Positions 13,201 through 26,800 of a stretch of 64,000 nt of DNA are shown piece after piece; positions within the stretch are counted from its first letter, which is position 1; each line of letters begins with the position of its first letter. Position numbers and translations under genes: made by a program. The notes beneath the pieces were generated by a model. That model saw only the letters and a program-made list of their open reading frames with translations, did no database searches and was not told the DNA's origin. The DNA lies in contig JAYWIR010000010.1 in the NCBI GenBank assembly GCA_036172245.1, forward strand, positions 4,526,001 through 4,590,000. The letters are read 5' to 3'. The stretch comes from Raillietiella orientalis. Lineage: Eukaryota.

Positions 13201-13869
13201 AAGGCCGTCTAAAGATGTCTACCAAAGTCTGCCAAAGCTCACGAGAATCTCCGTTCCTGATATTTTCTACTTTTTCAGCTTTGCGTTCGCACAGCTTCAT
13301 CCTCTCAACAGCTCGAGAAGACTTCATCCCACAATCTTACCGGAGCTGGCCGATCCAACTCGCAAGATGAACAGGCTATTTGAAGATGCGACCCGAGATG
13401 CGTTTCCTCGCTTCTAGTCTAGTCCAGTGCTGAGCACCTCATTCTTCCTGATTCCGAACGAGGAGAGATCGAGAACGGATGGCAGGATTGAAAAGATAGA
13501 TCACAACTTCCCGCCGAAAGTTTCCTCGGGTCGAGAGAAGAGACTCCCCTTCCTCCATCTCGCTTCTTCGGTTCCTGAACCTTTCGGCGACCGTGCCTGG
13601 ACACATCAGTCGCCCCCCAGCACCCTGCTTCGCTACAAAAGCGCAAAGAGGCTCCACTGTCCGCACTGCCGTCGGGGCACCTTCTGGTTCTGCGGAACAG
13701 CAGGCACTCGCGAAGCAGGAAACGGTGGCTCCATTTCTCAAGTCCGCCAAGGAAATGCAATGAACCAAAGAGAAAGGATCCTTGGGAGAACAAAGGGGGC
13801 ATCCCTCGAACTGACTTTCCTGGAATGCAAAACATTCCCTTGCCATCTTCCCGCTGGGGATCAGGAAGC

Positions 13870-15800
13870 TCGTCCACTGATCACAAGATGAGTGGTCATA
13901 GACCTTCTGGATGCAAGAAATCTTGGAAACGTGCTCGACGCCCTGTCCCATTAGGAACGCAGCAAATGAGGAAAGCCCCATCTGTGATCCACGAAACGAT
14001 TCGGGTGCACTCTCTTCACTCTTCTTATGCTCACAAGTGCTGTGGAGGAAAGTGCAGGAGCGGGTGAATCGAGGTCCTCGAGGATGCAAGGGCGAAAGGT
14101 GGCAGAAGGATTGATGATGTGCAAGAGACGTGTCAGACGCACACAAACACATGGCTTCGAGCCACATCAGTGGCCATATTGAACACCAAAGCTCAAACGC
14201 AGTACTGTTCCAGAAAGACCGTTGCCGGTCCTCGCGGTTACCGTTCGCTTCACTATCTCTCCTTGAGTTTTGTTGAGCCTTGAGGATCTGTGCCTTGCTT
14301 GACCGGTCGACCACGACGTTTCCGAAGAGGCAAATCGCCTCGCGCGGAATCAGGTGCCCTGGTTGAGGTCCGGGCCGAGTAAACGCGGGCCAATTGTTTG
14401 CGCACCACGCCACCGCTCCCCTCGCAACCAGGTGGAACGCGCTTCGTCGAGGCCACGCGCTTGACTTCCAAGTGGAAGGTCGTCGCTTCCCCTCCCAGTA
14501 CGAGTCCCGACCGCGTTCAGAAGCAGCAACAGTCTCTCAGAAGCTCTCTTCGTCGCCACCGAAGAGGGGAAACGCGAGTCTTCGCGCACCCACCAAGAGG
14601 GCAGCATCGGACTGCCGGACATTTTCCTCCTACGCATTCCTGCGAACTCCTCGCGGAACAGTCCTGCAAGGAGCACTACGGGTCATCCCCGACGGAGCAT
14701 CGAGAACAGAAACCTTCAAGCACGAGTTCACGCGAACCCAGCTGACGTAGCGAGACTGTACGAAAAAGTGCCCAACAGGTGGGAGAATCCAGCGGAGTGC
14801 GAAGCTGATTGGATCTTCGGAGGAGACTGCGATTCAACTCGGCTGGCCTTTCAGCCTTTCCTGGTTCCAAAGGGCAAATGAAAGCTGCTGCCTCACGAAC
14901 TGGCGCGAACTCGGAGATGCCGACGTGGTTCCTCTTATGGTAGTTCGCAGCGGAGAACGAGGTCTTCGAGAGGTACGCAAAACCGGTAACCCGGATCGAG
15001 AGGGCGGCTCAGGAATAGAGGGAGCCGCTGGCCTCGAGCCAACCAGCCACTTTACCGAAACACGTCCGAAACTGCGATGCCTAAACCTGCTCTCCGGGGT
15101 GGCAGGAAGGCGGGCAGCAGCAGCGGACGTCGCCTGGCGGTCTGCCGGAGCACCGCAAAGCTCAGGGCGAAGCAAGGGGCGCGCGGGCGACCGGCGGAGC
15201 GCTCGCGAAAATAGTAGCAGCGAAGAGGACGGAAGACCTCTCCGAGAGACGGGCGGAGCACACTGGGAGGGAAACGGTGCGCTGTTCCCAGGGAGGTCGA
15301 CCTAGGGGCCTCGCCTGACCGCATCCCGGAGAGGAGGACGGAACGAAGAGGACGCGCAGACAGTGATGACGGTAGCGGATCCGCTAGCCACTGGTCGCGC
15401 GCCCCACGGCACGTCAGCCGTAGGGCTCGAGCGCAGAGAAACTCCTACTCCCTCGCGAGCCGCTGCGCTTCGGATCCTCCGTGACTGCCATTTCTCAGCA
15501 ACCCTCCACTGGAAATGTACCGATGTCATCTGGTAGGGTCATGAGGCCTGGGCATCCCTTCGAGCGGTCCCCAAAGAAGCATCGGTTTGCCGTTCGAACT
15601 GGTAGGGTTAACGCACGCTTTCAGAAATTCGCTTGGAGTGGTTGTTAGTGAAGGTCCAATCACCTATGGAGGACCACCTGGAGAGCCGGTTGGTGAAGAC
15701 AGCAGCGTTGGTTGTGCTCCTCCGGCAGGTCGGTTGCAAAGCCGTGGATGAGCCCTTACGGTGCGTGACTCGGGCCTTCGAAACGGGACGGTGGGAAGAT
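13870..15800 (-). mobile_element. decayed Ty3/gypsy pol (RT trace, then integrase)
   Basis: LPDDIGTF near 15530 resembles YLDDILIF. ORF 13439-14413 contains PGHLIPREAICLFGNVVVD, SPLHPRG and EHVSKISCIQKVYDH, matching gypsy integrase PG.L.P...PF....D, .YHPQ and H.STG.SP...VYG in order. Confidence 0.45.
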
Positions 15801-18800
15801 GCCGACTCGAAAGGTACGCAAAACGGTTTGGTTCCCGTGGTGAAGCAACGCGTAATTGTTTGCTAAGCGTCCAGAACGGAAGCAGTTCGTGCAGCAAAGA
15901 GCGAAGCAGAAATCAGAGGGAGGAATCCTGGAGATCCGTTTGGGCATGCAGACGACTTAGCCATGCACGATGGAGGACGCAACAGAGTGGATGCTCTCTC
16001 TCCCTCTCTCCCTCGAGTGTTCGTGAAGGAGAGCGCTCGTTCGAGAGGGAAGCTGCCTGAAAAATGAATCACCTACGATCTGCCGACGTTCCTTTCGCAG
16101 GAGGCATCAAAGAGTGCGTTCGCGCGTTCGCTGACAAAAGCGGCATCCATCTCGCCAAGGTTGCCACCTGAGCAACACGCTGTCTGTTTCCGTCCTTCCC
16201 TCACTGAGCAACGGGCTCGCCATCCAAGCGCACCGCCTTCCAAAGTGACTCCCGCATCAACAGCTTCCCCATGAGGCGCTCACTCGTGTTCTGTTCGCGT
16301 AATCCCACGTTCGCTGATCCCGCAGCCGTAACAGTAGCAGCGTCCCGTGTTGCGAACAGTGTTTGACATGGTTGAACACAAAGATGGAGCACACCTCAAG
16401 GTGAGTCGCAGTAAACGGCTACGAGGGATCCGATATCACCAGCTCTGTTGTTTGCCATCCGTCAGGAAGGTTTTCCGAAGGTTCCCCCCCCCTCCTCCTC
16501 CTCCTTCCCTCCCCTCCGACTCTCTTCCAACCCCCGTTTGTTTTCTCGCTTCCCGAATTTTCGTTTCCGAGGCAGTGGTTCCGCTTGCACTTCCGGCGCG
16601 CTCGCTACGCGACTTCTCATCGCGCGCCTCGCGTCGCTCAAAACTCGAAACATTCGAATGCTGATTTTCGGACTGCCCTATCTGCGATTCCGATCGATTT
16701 CCCGTGGGAATTCCCATCGTGGAAACCAGGAGGGAAAGATCGAACTAATCGGAGCGAAGAGACCACAAGCAACTGGGTAATAAAAAAATGACGCGTCCCC
16801 CAAAATTTCGACTCGAAATTGTGCTCTCCCAACATCTCTTATCTTGAAGCGCAAGCCTCCCAGAGTTATTTATTGGGTATCCCGCTCATCTCTGGCTTTC
16901 AAGCGGCGGTCACTCCTTCTCGGTCCTTCGCCCTCTTCGAACAAAGTTTTATGCTCCCCCCATCGCTGACGGAGTACTTCAGGCTTCTGCTTCCGAAGGA
17001 GCCCCGAGAATCAAGGAGCATCAAGGAAGGAAGAATGATGAAGCCATTGCAGGATGCGTTCTCAAATTTGTCAAGCTACTGTGCATCAGCCAGGTTTATG
17101 GCGTCCCACCGGACCGAAGCAAGGCTGTCGTTTCCATGTAAAGTGGGCTTCCATGGAGACGATGCGATCCGCGTCCACGGACAGGTTCCGACGCGCCGTA
17201 ACGGCAAACCCGCGCCCACAGGAAAACGTGCGGCGGCAAGAGCGTCGCTCCTGCAGTCCTCGCCTTTGTCCGGAGACCCCGGCAAGTTGCTGCAAAACTC
17301 GCCCGAACGAAATCCCTGCTAAAGACGGGCGGCTACGGCACCGTTGCTTGGTATGTGGTCACTCCCGGCTCCGCGAACCTCGAAGAATGGGAAGGCGTTC
17401 CCCGCGGAGTGGGGAGGCCGGAGGGTAAGCGAGGGTGCAAGGTCAGGGCATGGAGAGGGCCCTCTCCCCCGCGGGACCCCTCCTGGCACGCGGGGACCAT
17501 CGCTACGCAGGACACCCCTTCCTGGACGTGGCCCTTCGCAAAGGGGTAGCGCCGCAAAGCGACCGGAGATGAGCAGCATCGCTTCCGGTCAGCAGAACGG
17601 AAGTGGTGTCTCAGATGCGCGCAGCGGTGGTCGCTCCATAGAGGGAACGTATGCCTCGGGTCCACCCTCCGGACCGCCACCCTAGAGGGGGGGGGTCTCC
17701 GCGGACCGACCGCACCGATGAGGATTCTACCGGAGCAGCTGACGGAGGAGCTGCCGACGCGCGAGACGACCCACCTGCCTCTCGAAAGGCGGGCTCGTGA
17801 CGTCCCCCACCCCGGAGGCAGCCGAAGGGGCTCGTTGCGGCGCGATCGATAGGCTGTTCGCGGGGACGCCCAGAGGATCAGCGAGGAGGGGCTCGTAGGA
17901 GAGAACGAGCGCTGTCACCGGGGCTTTGGAGGCTGGCGCGGCAACCCCCTCCCCGTCGGCACGCAAGCGCATGTGAGGCGGGCACCACCTGTGGGAACGC
18001 CAGGAAGGATTCCATTCCGATTTTCCATTCCATACCGTTCGAGTAAGGACGGGGATCTCCCCCCGCCTGTCCAGGCTGACGAGCAGAAAAATCCATTCTC
18101 AAAAAGGAGCGCCAGTTCCCCTTCGAACTAGCCGACCACATGACTCGCGTTTCCAAAACAGAACTCGAAAGCGGCTGAAATCTTCTATGCTACTGTAAGC
18201 CGTTTTCGGAACCAGCTTTTCGAAAACTGGAGCCAGACCTCTTCACTGCTTTTTTCGATGTTGTTTCCAGACAATAGACGGCGCTTGTCTCCGAGGGAAC
18301 AAGACTTCTGGGTCATTGGTCAAGGAGCGATTCCCGGGGAGAAGATGGATGCCTGAGTCTGAGGTGATGTTTCATAGAGAAGGATGCTTGAAAGGATTCT
18401 CGGCGGCGACTGGAAGCACAACGGAATGACTCTGACGGAGGAACTAATGAACGCTTGACGGCAGCGTAAGCCACTTGATCCATCCAGAAAGAAGAGTTGC
18501 TTCTTCACATCTCGAAACTGCTTGAGAAATGAGAACAATGCAAACAGTGTTCGTAGGGAAATATCGCCATCAAAATCATCACACTCAAAGCTCGTGGAAT
18601 GTGGTTGGAAGCTGAGTCAGATAGGGACGAAAGGGCCCATGCCATGTTGCGAACATTTCACAAATATTAGAACGTCCGAAGCAATCCTGCCCTGTTTGCA
18701 GAGGCTATAACAGAAAACTCTTGGTTCACTTCGGCACCAAACTAAGAAGAATGCGTGGGCATTGGTGTTACACTGGGAATTTAGACCACAGTCACTCAGC

Positions 18801-20059
18801 TGGACGAGCGTGAGAAGCGTAAGCTTTTGTTTTTGCAATCTGAGTTTCTAGCAGTGCTAAAGAAAAGCTTAAATTACAAGTAATGGTGCCTCTGGATTAA
18901 TTCTCAGGTCACATCCATTCTTAGTATTTGTGGATTTCTTCTGTTTACTGGTATCTGTGTTAGAGTGGAGTTGCTGTTAGGGTGGAATGCCTGCGGCGAT
19001 CATTCCAGTCTGGAATGGGTGCTGTTGGAATCAAACATTACTCCCAAGGATGAGTTCTACCATGATTTGGACCCTCAGGACCTAAGCATCGTGTGCATTC
19101 CGCAGGTGCAACGGAAGAACCGAGAATCCCGTAAGGGCTTGCAGCCCAAAATTTCACCTTGTACACACGCTCCCTAGTTTCTAGTTATCTTTCAACCGGA
19201 CGGTTTGCAAGGCCATATCTCGCTAGAATGGTCCGACCCATCAGAACAGCAAGCTCTGCTGATATCGGTCACAACAGTCCGTCAAGACTGTGGGGATGCT
19301 GTTTACGTCTGGAGGCACACGTAAAAGGGAATGCTCCATCATTTAAGGAGAACGAGCACCTACTGTCTCTTTAAGATAGTGGCGTAGGAAATATGGAAAA
19401 TACGTGAGCTTTGAATGCAGGTTCATATGCGTAACCACATGCAAAAGAGCGCGAGCGGGTGATTTCTGCAGAAGATGGGCTTGTGTCACCGTGAAAACTT
19501 TGGGAAAAAGGGGGGAGAGGGGAGGGGAGAGGAGGGATGAACTGGAAGACTTTGAAAGAAGAGAACAGCAGAGGAGATGAAGTTTCCGAGATGCTAAAAA
19601 TGTTCTCGCACAGAAGATATTTACAAGGAGCCTTAAGAAAGATGTTTATATCCTGTGATCTCTTCACACCAGGCTATCCCTCACTCTTTCTGGAGGCATG
19701 AAACCTGACGAAGGAAATGTCACTTGATATTGCAATGCGAAATGACTATCTCCATTCTTGAGCTTCTGCATAAAATGCTCCTTCTCATCTTCAGATGGAT
19801 GTATTTCTACTGCGCGGATCAACACGGACATTGTCCTTGACGAATCGCAGCGCAGCTAATTGTAAGAACACAAAGTGGCAGGAGTTCGCGGCATGTTTTA
19901 TTTTCAAGGGTGTCCCCTAAGGTGAGCATTGCTGCACCTTTCGGTCTATTGGAAAAGAAGGAGAATGAGAATAGTAGTGAAACGGCTGAGAGGACGAAAA
20001 ACAATCAGCTTGGGGATGGGGAACGTGCGTATTGGCAGCAGAAGGAATGGAATACTTAC

Positions 20060-20165
20060 TGGCAAACCAGCTCTCCGACGGATTGGAAATAAAGGCATGT
20101 GCCGCCATGAAAGCAGTAGGAATTAATTGGACATGGACTGCCGAAGACTGTCGAGTGCATGAATC
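20060..20165 (-). CDS. vn: vein-like exon 4 (EGF domain Cys1-Cys4)
   Basis: Acceptor atgttttctag|GA and donor TGC CA|gtaagt; phase 1 in, phase 2 out. Reads RFMHSTVFGSPCPINSYCFHGGTCLYFQSVGELVC. This frame is absent from the ORF track. Confidence 0.93.
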
Positions 20166-20682
20166 CTAGAAAACATGATTATTCGTAACTGGAAGCAAGG
20201 CGCCGTCGCGGAATCAGTAACTGGGATCAGCTAAATTCCGGCAGAAGGGAAAGAACGGATAAGAGAAGAGACGTCGGCGAGACTGTTTTTCGCTTGCCCC
20301 GAATGAAGAGCATGAAATGCAGCGTTCACCGAAGTTCCTCGATCTTTATGTTGGATGAGAAAGGCATCCCTTTCGCGAGGGCGAATTTCTGTTTTAGGAC
20401 GATCCGCTGGCCTGGAAGACGTTCTTGCGCGTTTCAAATCCCTTGACCGGGCGTTTATGGCAAGCACATGTTAATCTAACCAGTTAGTTCGAGGGGAAAA
20501 AGTATCCGAACGTTAGAGGAACGGTAGGATGCCCTCGAGAGAGCGCGAGGCAGCTTTCGAAGCCGATCCCCTGGACGGGTCGCATGCCTAAAGCCACATT
20601 CGAATAGATAGCACGCAGTACCGCCGCTCCTATTTCTTGCAAATGAATCCCAAGTGAGAGAAGGTCCATCAAAACGTCTTAC

Positions 20683-20909
20683 TGTTTTCAATCTTCACGA
20701 CTTGAGTCTCTTCCCTCGCTGCAGTCGGACTCTCGTCCCGGCTTTCCAGGCTCTTTGCTTTGGTTGCAGCAATGTTGCTTTCTTCGACTCGTATGTAAGC
20801 TCTGGAGTGATTCAAAGACCTTCCGATTATGTTGATAGCAGCACATTCGTAAAGCCCATGATCTTCCGCTTTCACTCTTCGTATTCGCAAGGTGCTATGA
20901 CCTCTCCTT
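20683..20909 (-). CDS. vn: vein-like exon 3 (second half of Ig domain plus linker)
   Basis: Acceptor tttcatctgttccag|A and donor AAC A|gtaaga; phase 2 in, phase 1 out. Reads RRGHSTLRIRRVKAEDHGLYECAAINIIG (Ig L.I......D.G.Y.C.A.N motif). Confidence 0.93.
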
Positions 20910-21149
20910 CTGGAACAGATGAAATAGAAATTGTGAAAAATCCCAAGTACTTAAATTCAGAAATTAAAATATCAACGCATGTGGATGAAAATCGTACGCC
21001 AATACGCATTTCCAAGACCGCGTGTGCGCATGCGCTCAGGTCTTGGCAAAGGAATGAACAAGGGAAGTAAAGCGTTGAGTGTGGTGATCAAAAACGGGAA
21101 CTTCTCCATGACCCTTCTGCCAAGATTTCTCCGTGTGCCTTCCATCAAT

Positions 21150-22620
21150 CAGAGGTGATTGATGGTCCACCGGTCGAATTCGCTTCTTTCGTCAGCTGCC
21201 CTCCGCTAGTCGCAGCACAGCAGATGAGCCGCATCAGTTTTGATCTGACTGGAGATCAGCATCCTCCGGTCGAGCCGAGCCACATGCCACCACTCACTTC
21301 AGTTCCTATGTTTCCTTCTGGATATAGCTTAGGTCATCTGCTCGGTTCGATCGCTCTGTGTTGCGATATCGGAAAATGTGGACGTGAGATAGTACGCGGA
21401 ATGGCACGGAATACATTTCCCTGCCACAGGGAAAGCAGGAATCGTGCGCGGTACTACGCGAGCCATGTGCGAATCGTCTGTGAACTTCCGAGGATTCAAC
21501 TTGTGAGTCTGAACAAAGGATAACAATCTCACTTTTAACGACGCTCACATATGTTTCCTTTTTTCCCCTTTGCGCGGCTATAGAACGCCATGAAAGCGGC
21601 GTCCTACCGTCGTTTCAGTTCGTTCCTCTTTCCCAGTTCTTCATCCCCTCCAGTTCTCAGTAAGATCCCGGAGGCACCTTACGTTTTGAGCACGTTACCA
21701 CTTTCCCGACGTGCACCACGCCTGCATCTTGGAAATTTTCGATGCCATCCACACCCCACCGATCCATGGATGGATGTCCTTACGGTTTCGGGCACAAATC
21801 TGATGAGGCACACCGTTGCCAAACGAATCTCCTCGACCATCCGCATTCAGGATGAGTTTTACTGATTAGCACAGCTTTCTGCTATCTGAGTGGCTTCATC
21901 GGAGCATAGCAGTGCTTTGTCGATTGCATGCTTGAAGTAGGATGCCGCGCCACCTTCGACGAAAGAAAATTTACGGCACGAGCAGCTTCAATCTCCCTTC
22001 GAAGCATCGAAAACCGTGCCGTCGGATGCTCACCTTTCATCCACTGCAGTGCTGGACTGCTGTCTGTGCTCGCGATCCTTTCTTTTTCACGGACGATCAA
22101 TCCTTTCTTGTTTGAGGAATTATCAGCTGTCTCCGACTTTGAGAATGAGCTTTTGTATCCGACAGAAGGCTCCTTGAGATTTGGATGAATCCCAACGCGG
22201 AAGCTGAGATTTTACCGCAGTCATCGCCGACTGACCATCGGTTCGCAAAGGGTCTGCGATCATTCAGCGGTAAGCCGGTGGGTCAGACAGTCTTTTCAAA
22301 CTTGATTTCGCCGAATTTAGACGGCATAGTGTACTGCCCACCAGCACTCTTCTCCACCGCTTGGAAGACGTCGCTTCGACGATTCAGCCAAGCAAGAGGT
22401 GGCATCTCTAAGCCTGTCCGCCCGTGTTTCTGTGAGATTAGGGACTCTTCCACAAGTTCGACGGATTGGACTTCATTGTTTGATTCTCCTGTATGAATCT
22501 CTGTCTTTGAGGTTCACCAATGATGTCGCTGACCATAGGAACTTTCGGTCGTTCAGCATCTTTCGGAATTTTCCTGCACGAAAAAATGTGCCTTGGCAAC
22601 GGTCTTTTTCAAAGGTCTTT
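21150..22620 (-). mobile_element. decayed BEL/Pao pol (RT, RNase H and integrase traces)
   Basis: FPKDAERPKVPMVSDIIG resembles FP.AA.....YVDD..G; STDSSPALQWMK...RREI resembles WTDS..AL.WI...RV.EI; GGMW resembles GGFWE. Motifs are collinear on the minus strand. Confidence 0.5.
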
Positions 22621-23559
22621 TTTTGCCTTGGCCGTCAAAATTCTGGCATTTATTCTGGGTTCCCATTAAACTTCCTTTTCAATGAAGTCCAGATCGATTC
22701 CTCTATTGCTTCGGGGAAAAAGGACGGAAGACATCTTTATCCTGTGCAAGTGAAATCAATCGTAACATGCCAAAACATTGGCTTTCATGATAACTTGATG
22801 ATTTAAAGGCGTCAGCGAGTATCTCCGATTCATGATCCGCATGCGCAAATGATTCTGTTACGTGCCATTTTCACATGCACTAGTCATTATTCAATTTTTT
22901 CGCATCTTAAAGGATAAGTTTTTTCTTTCCTTTGCATCTGTTCCCCCTTTCCCCCCTATCTACCTGATCATTAAGGAGCCATCGTGGGATACTGTCAAAT
23001 GGGTTATTTCAAGAGTTTTGAGAAGTCGAACTGCTCGAAACTCTTAAGGAAATGCATTGCTTCTGTATACAAACATCAATGCAGCAATCTACTAACTAAA
23101 TAAATCAAAGATGAGCTAAATAAGTTCATGGGCCTATGGTCCAATTAGTACTTGGTTGAATTCATAGAGGGCAGTTTAGTTAATTGCATGAAATGTGACT
23201 GACTAAACAGCTAGGAAGCCACAAAAACGAATCCGAAATCTTTTATGGCTCCTCCTTAATTTTTCTTGTTTGAGACTCGAAGATAGAAGCAATTAATAGT
23301 GCTGAAGTAAATTCAACGTGTAGCTCCCTGCCGTTTCGGCAGCCAGCTCGCTCCTCCGGGAAATTTATGGACCATCAATCCTATCGTGGCAACTGTGTCA
23401 GTGTCCAAGTCCTCGTAGCCAAAGTCCTCGTGATTGGAACTTCGACCCTCTAATCAAGTATCACGCAAGAACGGAGCGGTGAGGAGAACTCGTTTTGCTT
23501 TCAGGAGCCTGAAACGATTCTTGAGGCCCGCATGAAGCATCTCTCTCGGATTGTTCTCC

Positions 23560-23810
23560 CGCAAAGAGCATCGGCCTGCATTCGAGAAGTCAGAGCATAC
23601 TTGACACGCTCCTCATCCTCTGATTATCCATGACAGCGTTGTAGAAGAAAACCAGAAACCTGTAGCAGCGGCATCCTACTCGGAGACAACTCCAGGAGCT
23701 CGGTCACTTGTTGAAGTGCCCTTATTTACTTTTCCTACTTTTCCGAATCGCAGCTCCATGGAAGTCGCTGGAGGTTTGCTCCAGAGAGCCTGTTGATCTG
23801 GGTGATTCAT
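23560..23810 (+). mobile_element. decayed BEL/Pao integrase fragment
   Basis: CIREVRAYL, RRKPETCSSGILLGDNS and HGSRWRFAPE resemble TC..TRAVHL, RRG.P..I.SDN and GI.W.F.P. Confidence 0.35.
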
Positions 23811-26800
23811 AGCCAGTCTCAACCGAGGCATCCATTATTATGAGCTGCTCAAATTCCTCCAGGAGCGGTGCGCTGAAATGCCCGAAGTACTTTCGAGCGA
23901 AACACCGTTTGCCCAGTGATCGCCGTCCACTGGAGACAGGAAGGACGTTCCAGTTTTGCGAAGAAACTTTTGAGGCTTTCTCGAACTGCTTTCAGGAGTC
24001 CTTGCGTCTTCGGTTGCGTGCAGTCCTCTGTGCCGGCCTTTTTTGTTGAGGAGCCAAACGGGAAAAGCCTGGTGGCCTTTCTCGACGATTCTAAGAATGG
24101 GCCCGGGCAAACATCCATCCCGATATTTTTCTGATAAACGATGGGCCAAAAAGCAAGAACGAGAAAATGGCACTGAGGCTTGTTCGCCGCAAAAAGCTCT
24201 ATTGGGCCATCGGCTTAAGAATGCAATACCACTGAACTGGACAAATGCAAAGAGCGCCTGAGAACTACACAACACTTGGTTTCTCCTTCCATGTCAATCC
24301 ACCCATAGATGGAACACGCCTACTTTCTAAATGAGTCGGTGTCTGCTTCTCCTGCAAAAAGCTCCCCTGGGATTGTAGGAATTAGAATACAGACAAGCTG
24401 GAACGCAAACTGTTTCCTCGGAGCTGATTGGCTGCTTGAAACCACGAAAAGAGAGGCAGAAAGAATCACAAATTAAAGACCGTGGACACAAACCTCTAAT
24501 AATTTCAATTAATAATTATTTCTGCAGATTAGGACCTTTTTCTTTATTCTTTTCTTTTTCAAGATTAGCATCTCATCTCTCTGTTTCCTTGTTTCTGACT
24601 TTTTAATTAACTTTCTAAAGCGTAAATAGCCTGTTATTTTTGGCAGCGCATTTCTTAGGAATAACCTTCTTCAGTGTGAACGTGAGTGCGCGCGTAACGC
24701 CGCACCGCATGGTGGTGCGCAACGCAAGGGGATATAGGACAGCAATTCTTCAATGCTCCACCTTCCGCAGAATGCCGACAGTACGTAGCACCGGGCACGA
24801 GGATGCCAGCTCTTGCAACCGGAACGGCGAGAGCATCTGAAAGGGCAAGAAGTTCCCCAAACAAAACGCGCTTGCGGCTATAAAAGCCGGAATGCAGACA
24901 CATAAAGCAGAAACCACAAGCGGATTTTAGCGGTCTCTGGCAAAGCACTTAGCTGAAGCGCTCCAGGAAAGGTAGGCGACGTTGCCATCATTGGAAGTGA
25001 TCTGCTGCTGCCATGCCGTACAATGGTTCCCACTACGTTTGGTGGGAGGAATCGCAAGATTTCATTATATGTAATCGCGTGATTTCTTCGTAAGGGGAAT
25101 CTGGTTTCTTCTTTTCTCTTTTTTCTTTTTTGCTTTCAAAAAAGCAACAGTAAGTGTGGCAGTCCATACGAATCACGAAATCCCCTAAGAACTCTTTCCA
25201 CCACAGTTAAGGTCACTTCAGTTGATCCTTTTTGCATCACCTCAGAAAATCTCTTTTGTGCTCATCTTCCCAAGAATTCGTGCGTTCGGCGCACCTCATC
25301 TGTTGCTCATCATAGAGCTAAGAGGTTTGCTTAGATTGAAGCTAAATGGAACGAGGTCAGGCATGATAGCGGGATGGTGCGCGTGAGGACGAGATTCTCT
25401 TCAGGAACAACCACGAGGAGCAGGACAATTGTCAGGCGCTCCGAAATGCCGGAGATCCAGTCTCGTAGGGGACACTCGCTCTGTCCGCTCCTCTTTTCTT
25501 GGCACGGATGCTGTTATTAATTAAGGTATTTCACCAAAGGGAGTCTCTCCTTGATCTGATCTGTCAGGATTGGGCATCGCGGCAGCGCAACGATTTTCAG
25601 CGGCATCAAGTCCGTGCTTGGTCTCGACGTGCCCCTGGGTTGTTCCCCTCCCTGGTGCCAGGGTCTCGTCGAACCGATCAGACAGGAAGCCCTTCCGTGC
25701 CTTGATCTTCCCTTTTCCCATCGCATATGTACTGACTCCATATTCCGCGGGAGCCGGCTGGAGGCTGAAGCGCGTGTCGAGATGGCAGTACCAACAAGCA
25801 AAAGTTCTTCGATATGGATGTGTGATGCTGCAGAACTCTCGGAAATTCTGAATCTATGTTTTGGTATGAGGGAATTGCAACAGTCCTCCAGCAGCTGCGG
25901 CAATGACCGCTGCTCTCAGGGATCATCTCAATCGCCTGTTCAGTCAGCAGCAATCCAGGTGCCACTATCTTGTAAGAGCTGCTGTACTTTCTCGATCGTT
26001 CTTTCACCAGAAGGTTGCTGATGCTCCAGTGATGAATTCGAATTGATGGTGAAAAATGAATCGATCTTCAGCAACGCAAACTGGCTGATAGTTACTAATC
26101 ATTTGTGTTAAATCACTGAGTGTTCAAAGCAGGCGTTCATATTAAGTCAACCGCCGCTTTAAAATGGATTGGTGGATCCTGAAGTTACTTGACAGTTCTA
26201 CGACAGCAGCATGGGGCAAAGAATCCGAGTTATTCCGCAAGCCGCGATCGATTTCCACTATGTCAGTTGGACTGGAGATGAGAGCCAGAAAGGGTTTTGT
26301 GAGTTGTCGGGATTTCATCGCACTGAGGAAGCAAACAGTACGGTTGCTCTCCGGAGGCTATGGCCACTGGAGAGCGTCATTCGAAGGAGCAATCCTCGGC
26401 CTTTCGAAGACTTGCCATGAGTTGCTCCGCAGCAGTAACTCGAACGCAATGCAGTGAAACCGAACGACCCCAGCCCAATGAGAACAGAGAATGCGCCACG
26501 CCGCTGTGCACCGGTGGTTGGTTGTCAGCTGGTGAATTCAAGGGGACCTCAAGAACGCTTCATGGGGTTAAGTTTTGGAGCCACCGAGACTGAGTTTTCG
26601 TTTTTCTTGATTTCCTTCATTCCTCCTTCGAGAAACAACCCACCACGGCAACAACAATTCCCTGACTCAATTTCACGGGAGGAAGGAGTAAAAGTGTTGC
26701 AAAACAACTCGGCTGGGACACTCGCCTGATCACCGAGAGCTGACCCATGCAGGAGAAACAACGAAATAAGAGGCACCCTCAGCCTTGCAAAATTCCGCAA

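Noticed and set aside
19819..19855. Possible alternative EGF C-terminal exon (H)CAAIRQGQCPC*
   Set aside because: The phase fits, but cysteine spacing is x7 or x9 and the conserved G-x-R-C is missing; likely chance.
25517..26030. Possible pogo/Tigger transposase trace (LKIVALPRCPILTDQ)
   Set aside because: A single weak motif with no collinear support.
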